Assembly (NCBI GenBank): GCA_963815395.1
Contig: CAWFHC010000002.1
Coordinates: 70,432-134,431 of the forward strand
Origin: an uncultured Methanoregulaceae archaeon
GTDB taxonomy: Archaea > Halobacteriota > Methanomicrobia > Methanomicrobiales > Methanospirillaceae
Direction: 5' to 3'
Length of the DNA: 64,000 bases
Shown here: positions 21,244 to 32,231 of the stretch, in pieces
How positions within the stretch are numbered: the stretch's first letter is position 1
How the letters are laid out: each line of letters opens with the position of its first letter
Translations under genes and position numbers: made by a program
The notes under the pieces: model-generated
Told to the model about the DNA's origin: nothing
Database searches by the model: none
Seen by the model: the letters and a program-made list of their open reading frames with translations, nothing else

Positions 21244-21511
21244 GGGTAAAGTCCCAATTAAACCACTAAATAAAATTTATTCACGACGTAAAAATATGAA
21301 AATATTAGTTACTGATTTCGAGATAGAACGGGGTGCTTCATTTTTTGGAAAATAGATTTTTTAGATTTCATTAATGATTTTGGTTCTATCACATTTTGGG
21401 GGGTGCCACAGCGGCGGGGGCGGAGGCAAAGCCGAAGCACCCAAGAGCGTTATCAATCCCTATTTTAGATAAATCGTTCAAAAATTTAGTCGCTAGAATG
21501 TGACTATACCC
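21244..21511 (+). mobile_element. MITE family B, copy 1
   Basis: Ends GGGTAAAGTC..GACTATACCC; flanked by AAAAAAT on both sides; near-identical to 34408-34676. Confidence 0.88.
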
Positions 21512-21602
21512 AAAAAATAAACAAAAACTTTAACGGGAAGCTTTTGTCCGGATAAACTACCCGTTGGCAAATGAGGTTTGAAAAAAAGTACATAATCGCA
21601 GA

Positions 21603-22574
21603 TCAATGCGCATCGGCAATGGTCACAAACTCTTTGAAGTGCCTGCTCTTCTTGAACAGCCACCAGGTGAAACGCTCGATTACCGTAAAATTGAACGAAC
21701 CGCCTGCAGCGTTCGGGTGGCCGCCGCCGCCAAATTCCCTTGCTATCAGGTGGCTGAGCGGGGGGACCGACCGGAGCGAGAACTTACCATCTTTACTGAT
21801 GATCACTTCGATGTCGGTCTTTCTTTCGTTGCGGATGAAATGCGCAGTCTCACTCGGGTATCCGTAGAGCGGAGCGAATGCAATCCTGTACCTGCTGCCA
21901 AGAATGGTTGCATGCTTAAGGGACCTGTGCATCATCGCGTCCATCTCGGATTTGATCTCCGCATATTCCTGTTCGATGAATGTGTCACTGAATATGCCGG
22001 TAACGAGGCAGTCACGCACATGTTCCCGGTTTTTTTTGCGCTGGAGCACCTGCCCGAGAACTGCTGACCGGGGATCCTCATGTTTCCAGAGATCATAATC
22101 ACACACAACCCGTGCAACCTCAGCAGCAACTGAGTTTTCCGGTACCAGGTCGCGGGCGACGATTCCACATGCGCAGACAGCAGTATCAATGCGGAGCAAA
22201 GAGACCTCCGCGGTAACTTTCTTTATTTCATCCTCCCGCCAGCGGTGATGGTCCCGCCACTCTATCTTCCATCCATTAGCCCGCGCTTTTCCTGCAATCT
22301 TTTCAGTGTCCTTATGATAGCCGAGATCCGAAATGGAAAGCAGATCGCCTTTCCCTTTACAGGATGCGACCAGGGAAAACAGCATGGCAAATTTTCCGAC
22401 CGAACTCCAGATGGTGAATACATCACCGCTTCCATATTTCATACGGTGGATGGCATCCGCTCCCACTGCATCGAGATCGTTGTGCGTAAGGTGAACGACA
22501 TGCGCTGAACGGTTTTTGACCGCGTTTGCGAGTCCGGAATCTTCACCCTTGACGGTCTTATCCGGGAGCGGCAT
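21603..22574 (-). CDS. DHH/DHHA1 family phosphoesterase (nanoRNase-like)
   Basis: THNDLDA, ISDL, DHH and GGGGHPNAAG motifs. Confidence 0.9.
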   Translation of the reverse strand: MPLPDKTVKGEDSGLANAVKNRSAHVVHLTHNDLDAVGADAIHRMKYGSGDVFTIWSSVGKFAMLFSLVASCKGKGDLLSISDLGYHKDTEKIAGKARANGWKIEWRDHHRWREDEIKKVTAEVSLLRIDTAVCACGIVARDLVPENSVAAEVARVVCDYDLWKHEDPRSAVLGQVLQRKKNREHVRDCLVTGIFSDTFIEQEYAEIKSEMDAMMHRSLKHATILGSRYRIAFAPLYGYPSETAHFIRNERKTDIEVIISKDGKFSLRSVPPLSHLIAREFGGGGHPNAAGGSFNFTVIERFTWWLFKKSRHFKEFVTIADAH

Positions 22575-22681
22575 CTGTTAATACTGTCATTGCAGCGTAT
22601 AAAAATCAACGGTCGCATCATAACCCTTGAAAAATATGAGCATATCATTTATTAGTCACCAGCGACAACAATTGTACTCCT

Positions 22682-22755
22682 GCCCTAGTAACTCAGCTTG
22701 GGAGAGCGCTAGACTGAAGATCTAGTTGTCGCCTGTTCAAATCAGGCCTGGGGCA
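22682..22755 (+). tRNA. tRNA-Phe(GAA), CCA not encoded
   Basis: Acceptor GCCCTAG/CTGGGGC+A; anticodon stem CTAGA/TCTAG with loop CTGAAGA; T arm GCCTG-TTCAAAT-CAGGC. Confidence 0.96.
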
Positions 22756-22925
22756 CTCTTGTTTTTATTTAAACTTCTCTGACGAAATGCTTTTGTCCTG
22801 CACCGTACGTTGATCACGTTTGTGGAATTTTAGCACCACCTGTCGCAATATCTGGTGCATTTTTGGAAAAGAATAATACCTCACCTCCCTATTTTCTAGT
22901 ATATACGTCGGGGAGAAAGTGGTGC

Positions 22926-24821
22926 ATGAGCGGAGAGTATGAACGGGCGTTCCGGGAATCTGTTTCCGATCCGGAACGTTTCTGGGGAGAGGCTGCAGAG
23001 AAAGTCCAGTGGTACCGCCCCTGTGACCGCGTGCTTACACGTGAAAATCCGCCGTTTTACCGCTGGTTCGAAGGAGGAATTGTTAATTCCTGTTACAATG
23101 CCCTGGATTATCATGTTGAGAACGGGTTAAAGGATACCATTGCATTGATCTACGACAGCCCTGTCACGAAAACAGTGAAGCGTTATTCATACGGTGAACT
23201 GCGGGATCTCGTTGCACGATGTGCAGGAGGTCTCAGGCAGCTTGGCGTAGGGAAGGGAGATCGGGTGGTCATCTATATGCCTATGATTCCCGAAGCGGTA
23301 ATTGCGATGCTTGCCTGTGCACGTATCGGGGCAGTCCATTCTGTTGTCTTCGGAGGTTTTGCTGCACGGGAGCTGGCCACCCGCATCGAGGATGCAAAAC
23401 CCCATGTAGTCATATCGGCTTCGTGCGGGATCGAAGTGAACCGCATCATTCAGTACCAGCCTCTTCTGGAGTCTGCCATCGGTTTATGCACCTTCAAACC
23501 GTCTGCCTGTGTCATCGTCCAAAGACCTGAAGCACCCGCAATGCTCAGAGATGGCAGGGATATCCTCTGGGATGAACTCATGGAAGCCGATCCTGTCCCG
23601 TGCGTTCCTGTGCTTGCAACCGATCCGCTCTATCTCCTTTACACTTCAGGCACCACCGGGAAACCCAAAGGTGTGGTCCGGGACAATGGGGGGCATCTCG
23701 TCGCGCTGATCTGGACCATGAAAAATATTTATGATGTGCGTCCCGGCGAAGTCTACTGGGCGGCATCCGATATCGGCTGGGTGGTCGGCCATTCCTATAT
23801 CGTGTACGGGCCCCTGTTTTATGGATGTACTACAATTCTGTATGAAGGAAAATCTGTTGGTACTCCGGATGCCGGTGCATTCTGGCGGGTTATTGCAGAA
23901 CACGGTGTTTCCGTTCTTTTTTGTGCCCCTACGGCATTCCGTGCCATCCGAAAGGAAGATCCCAAAGGTGAGAAGATCCGGGCTTATGATCTTAAAAAGT
24001 TCCGGATGCTTTTTCTGGCAGGTGAACGGTGTGATCCTGACACCCTGATCTGGGCCCAGCAGCAGCTGAAGGTTCCTGTCATTGATCACTGGTGGCAGAC
24101 CGAGACCGGGTGGGCGATTGGTGCGAATTGTGTCGGTCTTGAACAGCTGCCGGTGAAGCCCGGTTCGTGTACAAAACCGGTCCCGGGATTTGAAATCCTC
24201 GTACTTGACGCTCATGGAGAAGCCGTTCCTGCGGGGGAGACAGGAAATCTGGTGATCAGGCTGCCCCTTCCCCCGGGATGTTTTACCACCCTCTGGCAGA
24301 ATGAACTGGATTTTGTCAAGACATATTTCTCCGCGTATCCCGGGTATTACCTGACTTCCGATGCCGGGTATATCGATACCGATGGGTATCTCTGGATAAT
24401 GGGCAGGACCGATGACATCATCAATGTTGCCGGGCACCGTCTCTCTACCGGTGCAATGGAGGAGGTGCTGGCTTCCCACCCGGATGTTGCAGAGTGTGCA
24501 GTTGCCGGGGTACATGATCCGGTAAAAGGAGAAGTACCTCTTGGTTTTGTCGTCCTGAAAGCCGGCGTGACCAAAGAACCGGATAAAATCAGGAGTGAGC
24601 TCATTGCTCTCGTGCGGCAGAAGATCGGCCCGATTGCATCCTTCAAGGCTGCAGCAGTTGTCAGACGCTTACCAAAAACACGATCCGGTAAGATCCTGCG
24701 AGGTACCATAAAAAAGATCGCAGATGGTGCTTCCTATACCATTCCGGCCACCATTGATGATCCTGCAATCCTTGATGAGATAAAAGAGACATTGAAAGAG
24801 ATGGGATATCCAAAAACATAA
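22926..24821 (+). CDS. prpE: Propionyl-CoA synthetase (PrpE/ACSS3-like acyl-CoA synthetase)
   Basis: YTSGTTGKPKGVVRDNGGH, AASDIGWVVGHSYIVYGPL, DHWWQTETGW, AGHRLSTG and LPKTRSGKILR. Confidence 0.88.
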   Translation: MSGEYERAFRESVSDPERFWGEAAEKVQWYRPCDRVLTRENPPFYRWFEGGIVNSCYNALDYHVENGLKDTIALIYDSPVTKTVKRYSYGELRDLVARCAGGLRQLGVGKGDRVVIYMPMIPEAVIAMLACARIGAVHSVVFGGFAARELATRIEDAKPHVVISASCGIEVNRIIQYQPLLESAIGLCTFKPSACVIVQRPEAPAMLRDGRDILWDELMEADPVPCVPVLATDPLYLLYTSGTTGKPKGVVRDNGGHLVALIWTMKNIYDVRPGEVYWAASDIGWVVGHSYIVYGPLFYGCTTILYEGKSVGTPDAGAFWRVIAEHGVSVLFCAPTAFRAIRKEDPKGEKIRAYDLKKFRMLFLAGERCDPDTLIWAQQQLKVPVIDHWWQTETGWAIGANCVGLEQLPVKPGSCTKPVPGFEILVLDAHGEAVPAGETGNLVIRLPLPPGCFTTLWQNELDFVKTYFSAYPGYYLTSDAGYIDTDGYLWIMGRTDDIINVAGHRLSTGAMEEVLASHPDVAECAVAGVHDPVKGEVPLGFVVLKAGVTKEPDKIRSELIALVRQKIGPIASFKAAAVVRRLPKTRSGKILRGTIKKIADGASYTIPATIDDPAILDEIKETLKEMGYPKT

Positions 24822-24907
24822 AAAAACGGTGGAAATAATGATTACCGGGCCCTGGCAGAACGGACAAAAAATATCCGGATCAAAAAATATTCCACCCCCC
24901 TGATTCC

Positions 24908-25850
24908 ATGCCGGTTGTTTACCTGTATCCAAGACCTCCCTATGATTTTTCCCTGAGTGCTGCGATCTTCGCCGGGGGCGATTCACAGATCAGGATCTAT
25001 GAGGATAACCGCTTTTCGCAGGCACTGGATATCGGAGGGAACCCGGTTCTGATAGAAGTTATTTCGGAAGGGTCGGCAGACAGCCCAAAACTGCGTCTCA
25101 CACTCCGCCCGGAGTCTGCATTTTCAAAGAGCAGGATGAAGGAGGTCAAGAATCTCGTTTCCTCTATGTTCAATATCTCTGAGGACATAACCCCATTTTA
25201 CGAGGCTATGGAGAGGGATATGATCATGGCGGGTCTCACCCGGCAGGCTGAGGGGGCTGAAGGCCCCGACAACTCCTACCGTTTTTGAGGCACTTACGGA
25301 CTCGGTCATGGAACAGCAGATCTCCCTCAAAGCAGCGCACAGTATTGAAAACCGGCTCATCCGCGCAACAGGGAATTCCCTGACCCTTGACGGAGACACC
25401 TTTTATTGTTACCCAACACCTTCCGTTCTTGCAAAAACCCCGGATTCCACGTTCCGTTCGTGTGGCCTGACCCATCGTAAAGGCGAGTATATCCGGGAAA
25501 TATCACAACTGATCGTGACAGGAACCCTTGATCTTGATCTTTTCAGAAGCTTTCCTGATACGGAATCCATTATCAGAGAGATGGTAAAAATCCGGGGTAT
25601 CGGGCGATGGACAGCAGAGCTCACGATCCTGAGGGGCCTGCATCGTGCGGATGCATTCCCCGCGGATGATGTGGGTGTGCGCCGGTTCATAGCGCAGGTT
25701 TACCGGAAAGGTGAAAAGATCTCCCCTCACGAGGCACGGGAATTTGCAGAGCGGTGGGGGGTATGGAAAGGGTTTGCCGCGTATTATCTGGAATTGGCAG
25801 ACCTGCTGGGGATATTTCCGGAGAATAAAAGAAATACTGCCGGCTCTTAA
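24908..25850 (+). CDS. alkA: AlkA-like DNA-3-methyladenine glycosylase (HhH-GPD); frameshift near 25250
   Basis: P.PPYDF N-terminus, then FEAL..S..EQQIS, IRGIGRWTAE and FPADDVG across two frames. Confidence 0.85.
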
Positions 25851-26039
25851 CCGGAAATACCCTCGCAGCATCCTTCATTCCACCGGGATCAGGAAAAACC
25901 CCGTGATTTTTTTTAGGATTTCATGCGGAACATTGCATCGGATATCGGTAATTACCAAAATGCCATATCAATATTTTTTTATAATGTTAAAGACTGTAAT
26001 TTAATATGATATGCTATAACATAGCATAGTGGGAGTATT

Positions 26040-27354
26040 ATGAAGTATCAAGTCCTTTTCATCGTATTAGTGCTCATAGCAGCATTTTTTGCCGGATGTA
26101 CGCAGCAGCAGGCAACGACGGCTCCGGGTGTCATCAAGGTCGGGGTCATTGCGTCAATGACAGGGCCTGCAAGCAATGTCGGGAAGAATATGTGGCAGTC
26201 AGCGTCGACTGCGGCAGATGAGATCAATGCCAGGGGAGGCGTTTATGTCAAATCCCTCAACAAAAATCTGACCCTCCAGCTTGTCCAGGGAGATGATGAG
26301 TCAACCCAGCAGGGTGGCCAGAAGGCTGCAAACAAGCTGATCACCGATGATAAGGTTGACATTCTGGTCGGTGGTTACTCGAGTGCGGTCACTTCCGCGT
26401 ATGAGCAGACCATTGCAGAATATAAAGTCCCCTACATCGTAACCGGTGCATCAAGCCCCATCATCACCCACCGCACCGATATCGACACGAGTTGTGTCTT
26501 CCACCACTGCCCGACAACCGACAGCTACGGGCAGTATACCACCAGCTTCATTGATCAGGTGATCCGCCCGGCAGTAAACAAAAAATATAATTTCCCGGCA
26601 GAGCGGCCGTTCAGACTTGCCCTGATATACCAGGATACCGCGTTTGGCAAGGGAGTGCAGTCGGCGGTCAACAACACCATCACCCAGAATAACCTGAATA
26701 TCCAGCTGGTGTCCCAGCAGAGCTTCAAGATGGGCGAGAGTGATTTCAGGACATCCCTCACGGCTATCAAAGCCGCAAAACCCGATGCCGTGTACATTGC
26801 GGCATTCCCGAACGAGGGAGCCCCGCTCATCACTCAGGCACGAAGAGACATCGGTCTCAATACGATATTCCTTAATGTCGAAAATAATGACAACGCACAG
26901 TTCTACAAGGATGTCGGGCAGTACGGTGAGGGATCCATCATCGAAAGCCGGTTCTCGCCTTATGTCGCACCGGTCGGAGCAATCGCCAGCTGCCCAGGAT
27001 GCCTTCAAGCAGAGTTATTATGCAAAGTGGGGTTCCTATCCTGACATGATGGGGGCGTCTACCTATGAGGGAGTCTATATCGGTGCAGAGGCGATTAAGA
27101 ATGCGGGAAGCCTTTCAAAGACTGACGTCAGGAAGGCGCTTGATGACCTCAGGATGCCCCAGATAATAGAACCGATGAAGATCACGACGATCTCATTCTC
27201 ACCAAATTTCCGGGAATCATCCTTTGATCTCTGGATGGAACAACTGTCTTACAACACCACCCTCGGCGAGACCCGTCCTTTTATCGTCTGGCCTGATAAC
27301 CTGAAGACAACGGAATTTATCCTTCCCTCCTGGTACAGCCCCGGGAGTGCATAA
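26040..27354 (+). CDS. livK: Branched-chain amino acid ABC transporter substrate-binding lipoprotein; frameshift near 26990
   Basis: FAGC lipobox, IKVGV..SMTG, EINARGG, GGYSS and DFR..L..IK...PD. Confidence 0.87.
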
Positions 27355-27405
27355 CTAACCATATCTCTTTTTATTCCTTACCGGCGGATAGGTAATTAAC
27401 AGAGC

Positions 27406-28284
27406 ATGTACGACCTTGGGATCCTGTTACAGATTGTTTTCTGGGGGCTGTATGCCGGTTGCATCTATATCCTGCTTGCTACCGGGCTCAACCTGATCTT
27501 CGGGGTCATGAAGATTGTCAATTTCGCGCACGGCGAATTTCTCATGATCGGTTCATATATCACGGCAACAATTTTTTTGTTTACCGGTCTCAATCCCTAT
27601 GCGATTATTATACTCTCGATGCTGGCTCTGGTGGTGATAGGCGCGATTGTGGAACGGTTGTGTTTTCGTCCTATCCTGGGCACAAGCAAACTCAATGAAA
27701 TATTTCTTTCCATCGGGCTCATCTATATCTTCACCAACAGTGCTGCCATGATCTGGGGGGATGAGTGGCAGAGCATCAAGAGCCCGTACGCAGGGATCAC
27801 CATAACAGTCGGCCCGCTTAATATCCCGCTGGATTATATCATCATCATCGTTACGACTGCAGTTATTCTCTGCGGACTGTTCCTGTTTTTAAGAAAGACG
27901 AAGACCGGGAGGGAGATGCGGGCGACGAGCCAGAACCGGAAAGGAGCAATGCTTGTCGGGATCAATGTCGAGCGGATGGATGTCCTGAGTTTCGGTATCG
28001 GGTGTGCCCTTGCAGCAGCAGCAGGAACGCTCTGGGTGGTAAGCGGGCAGGTATTCAATCCCTACATGGGATCAATCCCTGCAGTAAAGGCTTTCGCGAT
28101 CATCATTCTTGGCGGACTGGGGAGTATTCCCGGTGCTATCATTGGTGGTCTTATCTACGGAATCGCCGAGAACGGGGCTGCGTATTTCCTGGGGGGGGTC
28201 TGGAAGGATGCGATCTCGTTTATTATCCTGATTGTCGTCCTTGTTATCAGGCCTACCGGTCTCTTCGGGGAGTCAGGCGAGTGA
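27406..28284 (+). CDS. livH: Branched-chain amino acid ABC permease
   Basis: GLNLIFGVM.IVNFAHGE, GR.MRA.SQN, ILGGLGSIPG and RPTGLFG. Confidence 0.93.
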   Translation: MYDLGILLQIVFWGLYAGCIYILLATGLNLIFGVMKIVNFAHGEFLMIGSYITATIFLFTGLNPYAIIILSMLALVVIGAIVERLCFRPILGTSKLNEIFLSIGLIYIFTNSAAMIWGDEWQSIKSPYAGITITVGPLNIPLDYIIIIVTTAVILCGLFLFLRKTKTGREMRATSQNRKGAMLVGINVERMDVLSFGIGCALAAAAGTLWVVSGQVFNPYMGSIPAVKAFAIIILGGLGSIPGAIIGGLIYGIAENGAAYFLGGVWKDAISFIILIVVLVIRPTGLFGESGE

Positions 28285-28287
28285 TCG

Positions 28288-29279
28288 GTGATGAACATCA
28301 AACGGGATGAGATTATCAGGTACGGCACCATTGCGGGGATTGCTCTCGCAGTCGTAGCACCATTCCTTGTAACGAATGTATACATCCTGAACCTTCTCTC
28401 CCTGATGCTGATCTTCATCATCTTTTCTTCAGCATGGAACCTGCTTGCCTATTCCGGCCAGGGATCTCTTGGTCATGCTGCCTTCTTTGGCATCGGTGCA
28501 TACGCTTCGACGGTCATTGCGGTAAAAAGCGGTATTACCCCTTACGTTACCATTTTTCTTGGGGCTGCAGTAGCGGCAGTTATCGGGGTCCTGATCGGAC
28601 TTACCTGTGTCCGGCTCAAGGAATGGTTCCTTGCCATGGTCACGTTCGGGTTTGCGATCATTGTCCAGACAATAGCGGTGAGTATCCTCGCCCCGGTGAC
28701 CGGAGGCTGGGATGGAACAGCCTCCCCCGGCTCCTGAGCCCGGACATACCCGGCTATCAACTGATTGAATATTACTCTATCCTGCTGATTACCATTGCAT
28801 CCATCGTTGTGATCTGGTATATCCTGAAATCAAGGGTTGGTCTCGCATTTTCAGCGATCCGCGAAAACGAGATCGAGGCACGTGCCGCTGGTGTTGATCC
28901 CGTGCGCTACCGTCTTCTTGCGTTTGGGTTAAGTGCGTACCTTTCCGGGGTCGCGGGAGCGCTTGAGATCGCACACATCGGGTACATTACACCGGAAATA
29001 TTCGGCGTCGATCTCTCATTCTGGCCTGTCACCTATGTGATCTTTGGCGGTCTCTGCACCCTGGCCGGCCCGGTGATTGGTACGATCGTTCTTACCGTTA
29101 TCTGGGAAGGTCTCAAAATGGCCGGTCTCACGTTCAGCCGCTACGTTATCGTCGGGATACTCCTGATCCTGGTGATCATATTTTTACCCAAGGGTCTCGT
29201 GGATCTTCCGGACAGGGTGCAGAAATGGAGGAAGGATCACAAAAAACCAGGATCTGATCCGGTACCCCTCCAGGAATAA
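28288..29279 (+). CDS. livM: Branched-chain amino acid ABC permease; frameshift near 28720
   Basis: WNL..YSGQ.SLGHAAFFGIGAY, then AIRENE..A.A.GV and FLPKGL. Confidence 0.88.
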
Positions 29280-29519
29280 TCTCCTCTCGAAACTTTAAAA
29301 AAAACAATTGCCAATGATCTGGCGAATTCCTTCTCTTACGATATAAAAAAAATAATTTCAGACGTGTCTGAAGAAAGGGACGGTACCAGCCGCCTTACAT
29401 CCCTAAAGCGAAGAGCTATACTCATTAAACCTGTTCAGGAATTATTGCCTGGGGGAAATCTGAAGCTAATGGGGTGAAACCTTTATTGAGGGTTCAGGTT
29501 TAAAAAATATAATTCCAGG

Positions 29520-29793
29520 GGCTCTGTAGAAATCCCTTCTTTGTTTTTTGAGCTGACGTGGAAATTGCGAGGGTTACCCCCTCTCTCCCCCAAAGGGGGA
29601 GGCAGCCCAAAGGGGCAAGCCCCATTGACCGCCTATTGAGCGGTTGGATTTTTCTTTTACGCTGCCGAAGTACGATCCACAGCCATGCTCCACGGGGCGA
29701 GCCCCGACGAGGCGGTGAGGGCCCGTGGCCCCATCGCTATCCGATACCGGTCCCCTCTTTTAGTTTTCTAAAGAGCATGATTTCTACAGAGCA
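29520..29793 (+). mobile_element. MITE family A, complete copy with TIRs and 8-bp TSD
   Basis: TIR GCTCTGTAGAAATC/GATTTCTACAGAGC; direct repeat ATTCCAGG at 29512-29519 and 29794-29801; no transposase. Confidence 0.9.
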
Positions 29794-29822
29794 ATTCCAG
29801 GCCCTTTAAGCCTTTTTTTGGA

Positions 29823-30542
29823 TCAGAAACCGAGATAGGCTTTCTGGATATGAGGATCATGCATGAGCTCTTTTGCTTTTCCTTCCTTTATTATCCTCCC
29901 GTTTTCAAGGACATAGCCCCGGTGGCACATGGTGAGTGCATGGCGGACGTTCTGCTCCAGAAGCAGTATGGTCATCCCTTCCCGTCCCAGTTGCTCAAGG
30001 GACCTGAATACCTGGCCGACCAGGAGCGGGGATAACCCGGTCGAGGGTTCATCAAGAATCAGGAGCTTGGGGTTTGACATCAGTGCACGGCCGATAGTGA
30101 GCATCTGTTGTTCACCCCCGCTTAATGTGCCCGCCATCTGTCGCTCACGTTCCTGCAGGATCGGAAAGAGCGAGTAGACATGCGCAAGACTTGCAGAATA
30201 GTCAGTCCGATCACTTGCTCCGAGCATAAGGTTTTCGACTACCGGCATTTTTGGAAAGATCTCACGTTTTTCCGGTACAAGGGCAAGCCCTTTATTGAAC
30301 AGATCATACGGATGCATTCCAACAATATTCTCACCGAGAAACGTTATGGATCCTCTGGCTTTTTTGTTCAGACCCACGATGGTCTCTACAGCGGTAGTTT
30401 TACCGGCACCATTTGGTCCGATAAGGGTCACCAGCTCACCCTTATCGACATGAAATGAAAGATCCCAGACAACCTGGAGGTTTGCGTGAAATACATTCAG
30501 CCCGGATACTGACAGCATCGGTTCTGCTGTTTCAGAAGGCAT
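29823..30542 (-). CDS. livF: Branched-chain amino acid ABC ATPase
   Basis: GPNGAGKT, AGTLSGGEQQML, LDEPS and EQN. Confidence 0.93.
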   Translation of the reverse strand: MPSETAEPMLSVSGLNVFHANLQVVWDLSFHVDKGELVTLIGPNGAGKTTAVETIVGLNKKARGSITFLGENIVGMHPYDLFNKGLALVPEKREIFPKMPVVENLMLGASDRTDYSASLAHVYSLFPILQERERQMAGTLSGGEQQMLTIGRALMSNPKLLILDEPSTGLSPLLVGQVFRSLEQLGREGMTILLLEQNVRHALTMCHRGYVLENGRIIKEGKAKELMHDPHIQKAYLGF

Positions 30543-31260
30543 TCATATCACCGAGATAGGTATCAATCACTTTCTGGTTGTTTACCACTTCATAGGGCCG
30601 CCCCTCCGCTATCTTTTCCCCATGATCCAGTACAACAATCCGGTTCGACACTCCCATTATGACACTCATCACGTGCTCGATGATCAGGATAGAAACCCCG
30701 CTATCACGGATTTTTTTGATCAGCTCCACTGCTTCGTTGCTCTCCTTGGGATTAAGTCCGGTAGTAAGTTCATCCAGCAGAAGCAGTTTTGGTCTTGATG
30801 CCAGTGCCCGGGCAAGCTGCACCTTTTTTAATTCAACCACATTTAAATTTTTGATGATGGTATCCCGTTTTTCCGGAGGGAAGCTTACAAAATCAAGAAC
30901 CTGTAACGCTTCGATTTTTGCCTCACCCATGCTGATCTTCCGGTCGTTGCCGAATAACGCTCCGATCATCGTACACTCCATCGCGGTAAGTCCGGGGAAT
31001 GATTCAGCGATCTGGAACGTTTTTGCGATCCCCTTTTTACAGATCTGGTAGGCCTTGAGTCCGGTAATCTCCTCCCCACTGAAGGTTATCGTTCCGGAGG
31101 TTGGGACACTGATGCCGGAGATCATATTGAGGAGTGTGGTTTTTCCCGCCCCGTTCGGACCCACCAGCCCGACAATTTCATTGTCCCCCAAAAAAAGATC
31201 CACGCGGTTCACTGCACACAGGCCACCGATTTGTTTTGTCAGACCACTGAGTGTGAGCAT
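30532..31260 (-). CDS. livG: Branched-chain amino acid ABC ATPase
   Basis: GPNGAGKTT, GIAKTFQ, LLLDE..GLN, IEH and YLG. Confidence 0.92.
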   Translation of the reverse strand: MLTLSGLTKQIGGLCAVNRVDLFLGDNEIVGLVGPNGAGKTTLLNMISGISVPTSGTITFSGEEITGLKAYQICKKGIAKTFQIAESFPGLTAMECTMIGALFGNDRKISMGEAKIEALQVLDFVSFPPEKRDTIIKNLNVVELKKVQLARALASRPKLLLLDELTTGLNPKESNEAVELIKKIRDSGVSILIIEHVMSVIMGVSNRIVVLDHGEKIAEGRPYEVVNNQKVIDTYLGDMNAF

Positions 31261-31673
31261 GAGGAGTTCCCGGCTGTTTTATCGTGCTAAAAATTGGCAT
31301 GGTGCCGTATTAAAGATAATCCCGCATCTGCGGTGAATACACCGGGTTGAGACAGGAAAACGACCTGGCAGACCATCTTAACCGGTCAAAAAAGGCATAG
31401 TCAGGAAAAAAACCGGTTTTTCCTAAAGAAAGATGAAAGACCGTGAAGTCACGTTCCCGGATATCAAACTCGCTCCTGCTGCTCCGGGTCGCGGCAACGC
31501 AGTTGGCGAGCCCTGGTTTTTTTGCCGGCGCTGTGTCTTTTGAAGAGCGAATCTTAACTGATGAAAAATCCGTGTGGATTTCACTAAAAAATGTTCGGGC
31601 GAATCCCGTTAAAGGCAGGGAATGTCACCCCCTCCAGGTATCCGGATATTCAATCAACCTGCCTGATCTCCCC

Positions 31674-32078
31674 TCAGGTATCCGGCCCGGAAGTGACCTG
31701 CCAGAGTGAAATCTTCCAGAGTTTTCCGATCAGGGAGTAGTGAGCAGTTACCGGAAATGTTCCGGCCTTTTTGACCTTTCCAAGAGTACTATCCTCGGTG
31801 CAGAGATAGGTGATCACCGCTGTATCCCTGCCCGTCTGCTTAACGCGGGGCGCCTCAATCGTAAAGGAGTGAAGCGAGAAAAGGGGAAAAATACGGTTCA
31901 TAATATCTTCGCGGGTGAAACGGCCAAAATTATTGATCTCACGATAATCCGGTGCCAGGAGAGCATCCAGTGCGCGTCGATCCCTGCGAAACCACGCGTC
32001 TGCCCGGGCATGTTCCCGGGCAAGAAGGATCTTCAGGAGTTGCTCCGGAGTATCGGGATCCGGCGGGATTTCAGTCAT
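31674..32078 (-). CDS. NTF2-like (DUF4440) protein
   Basis: E..R..A...D..AL..LLA.D pattern, DTAVITY and WK....Q. Confidence 0.72.
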   Translation of the reverse strand: MTEIPPDPDTPEQLLKILLAREHARADAWFRRDRRALDALLAPDYREINNFGRFTREDIMNRIFPLFSLHSFTIEAPRVKQTGRDTAVITYLCTEDSTLGKVKKAGTFPVTAHYSLIGKLWKISLWQVTSGPDT

Positions 32079-32231
32079 GTTAATCTTTCATCCTCGATCA
32101 GGAATTGTATTTTTCTTGTATATCAAATGGAGTGGAGGTATCTGTCCTTTTTTTCCTTACATAAAGAAACGATCCTCCAAAAACAGGATTCATCATAACG
32201 GAACAGTCAGGCCCTGTCAGCTGTGAATAGT

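Noticed and set aside
23646-24515. Long antisense ORFs (e.g. 23646-24515, 49312-50130, 53170-53898)
   Set aside because: They are shadows of well-supported genes on the opposite strand.
22682-24821. Genomic island or provirus integrated at tRNA-Phe
   Set aside because: No integrase, no duplicated tRNA 3' end noticed and no viral genes.
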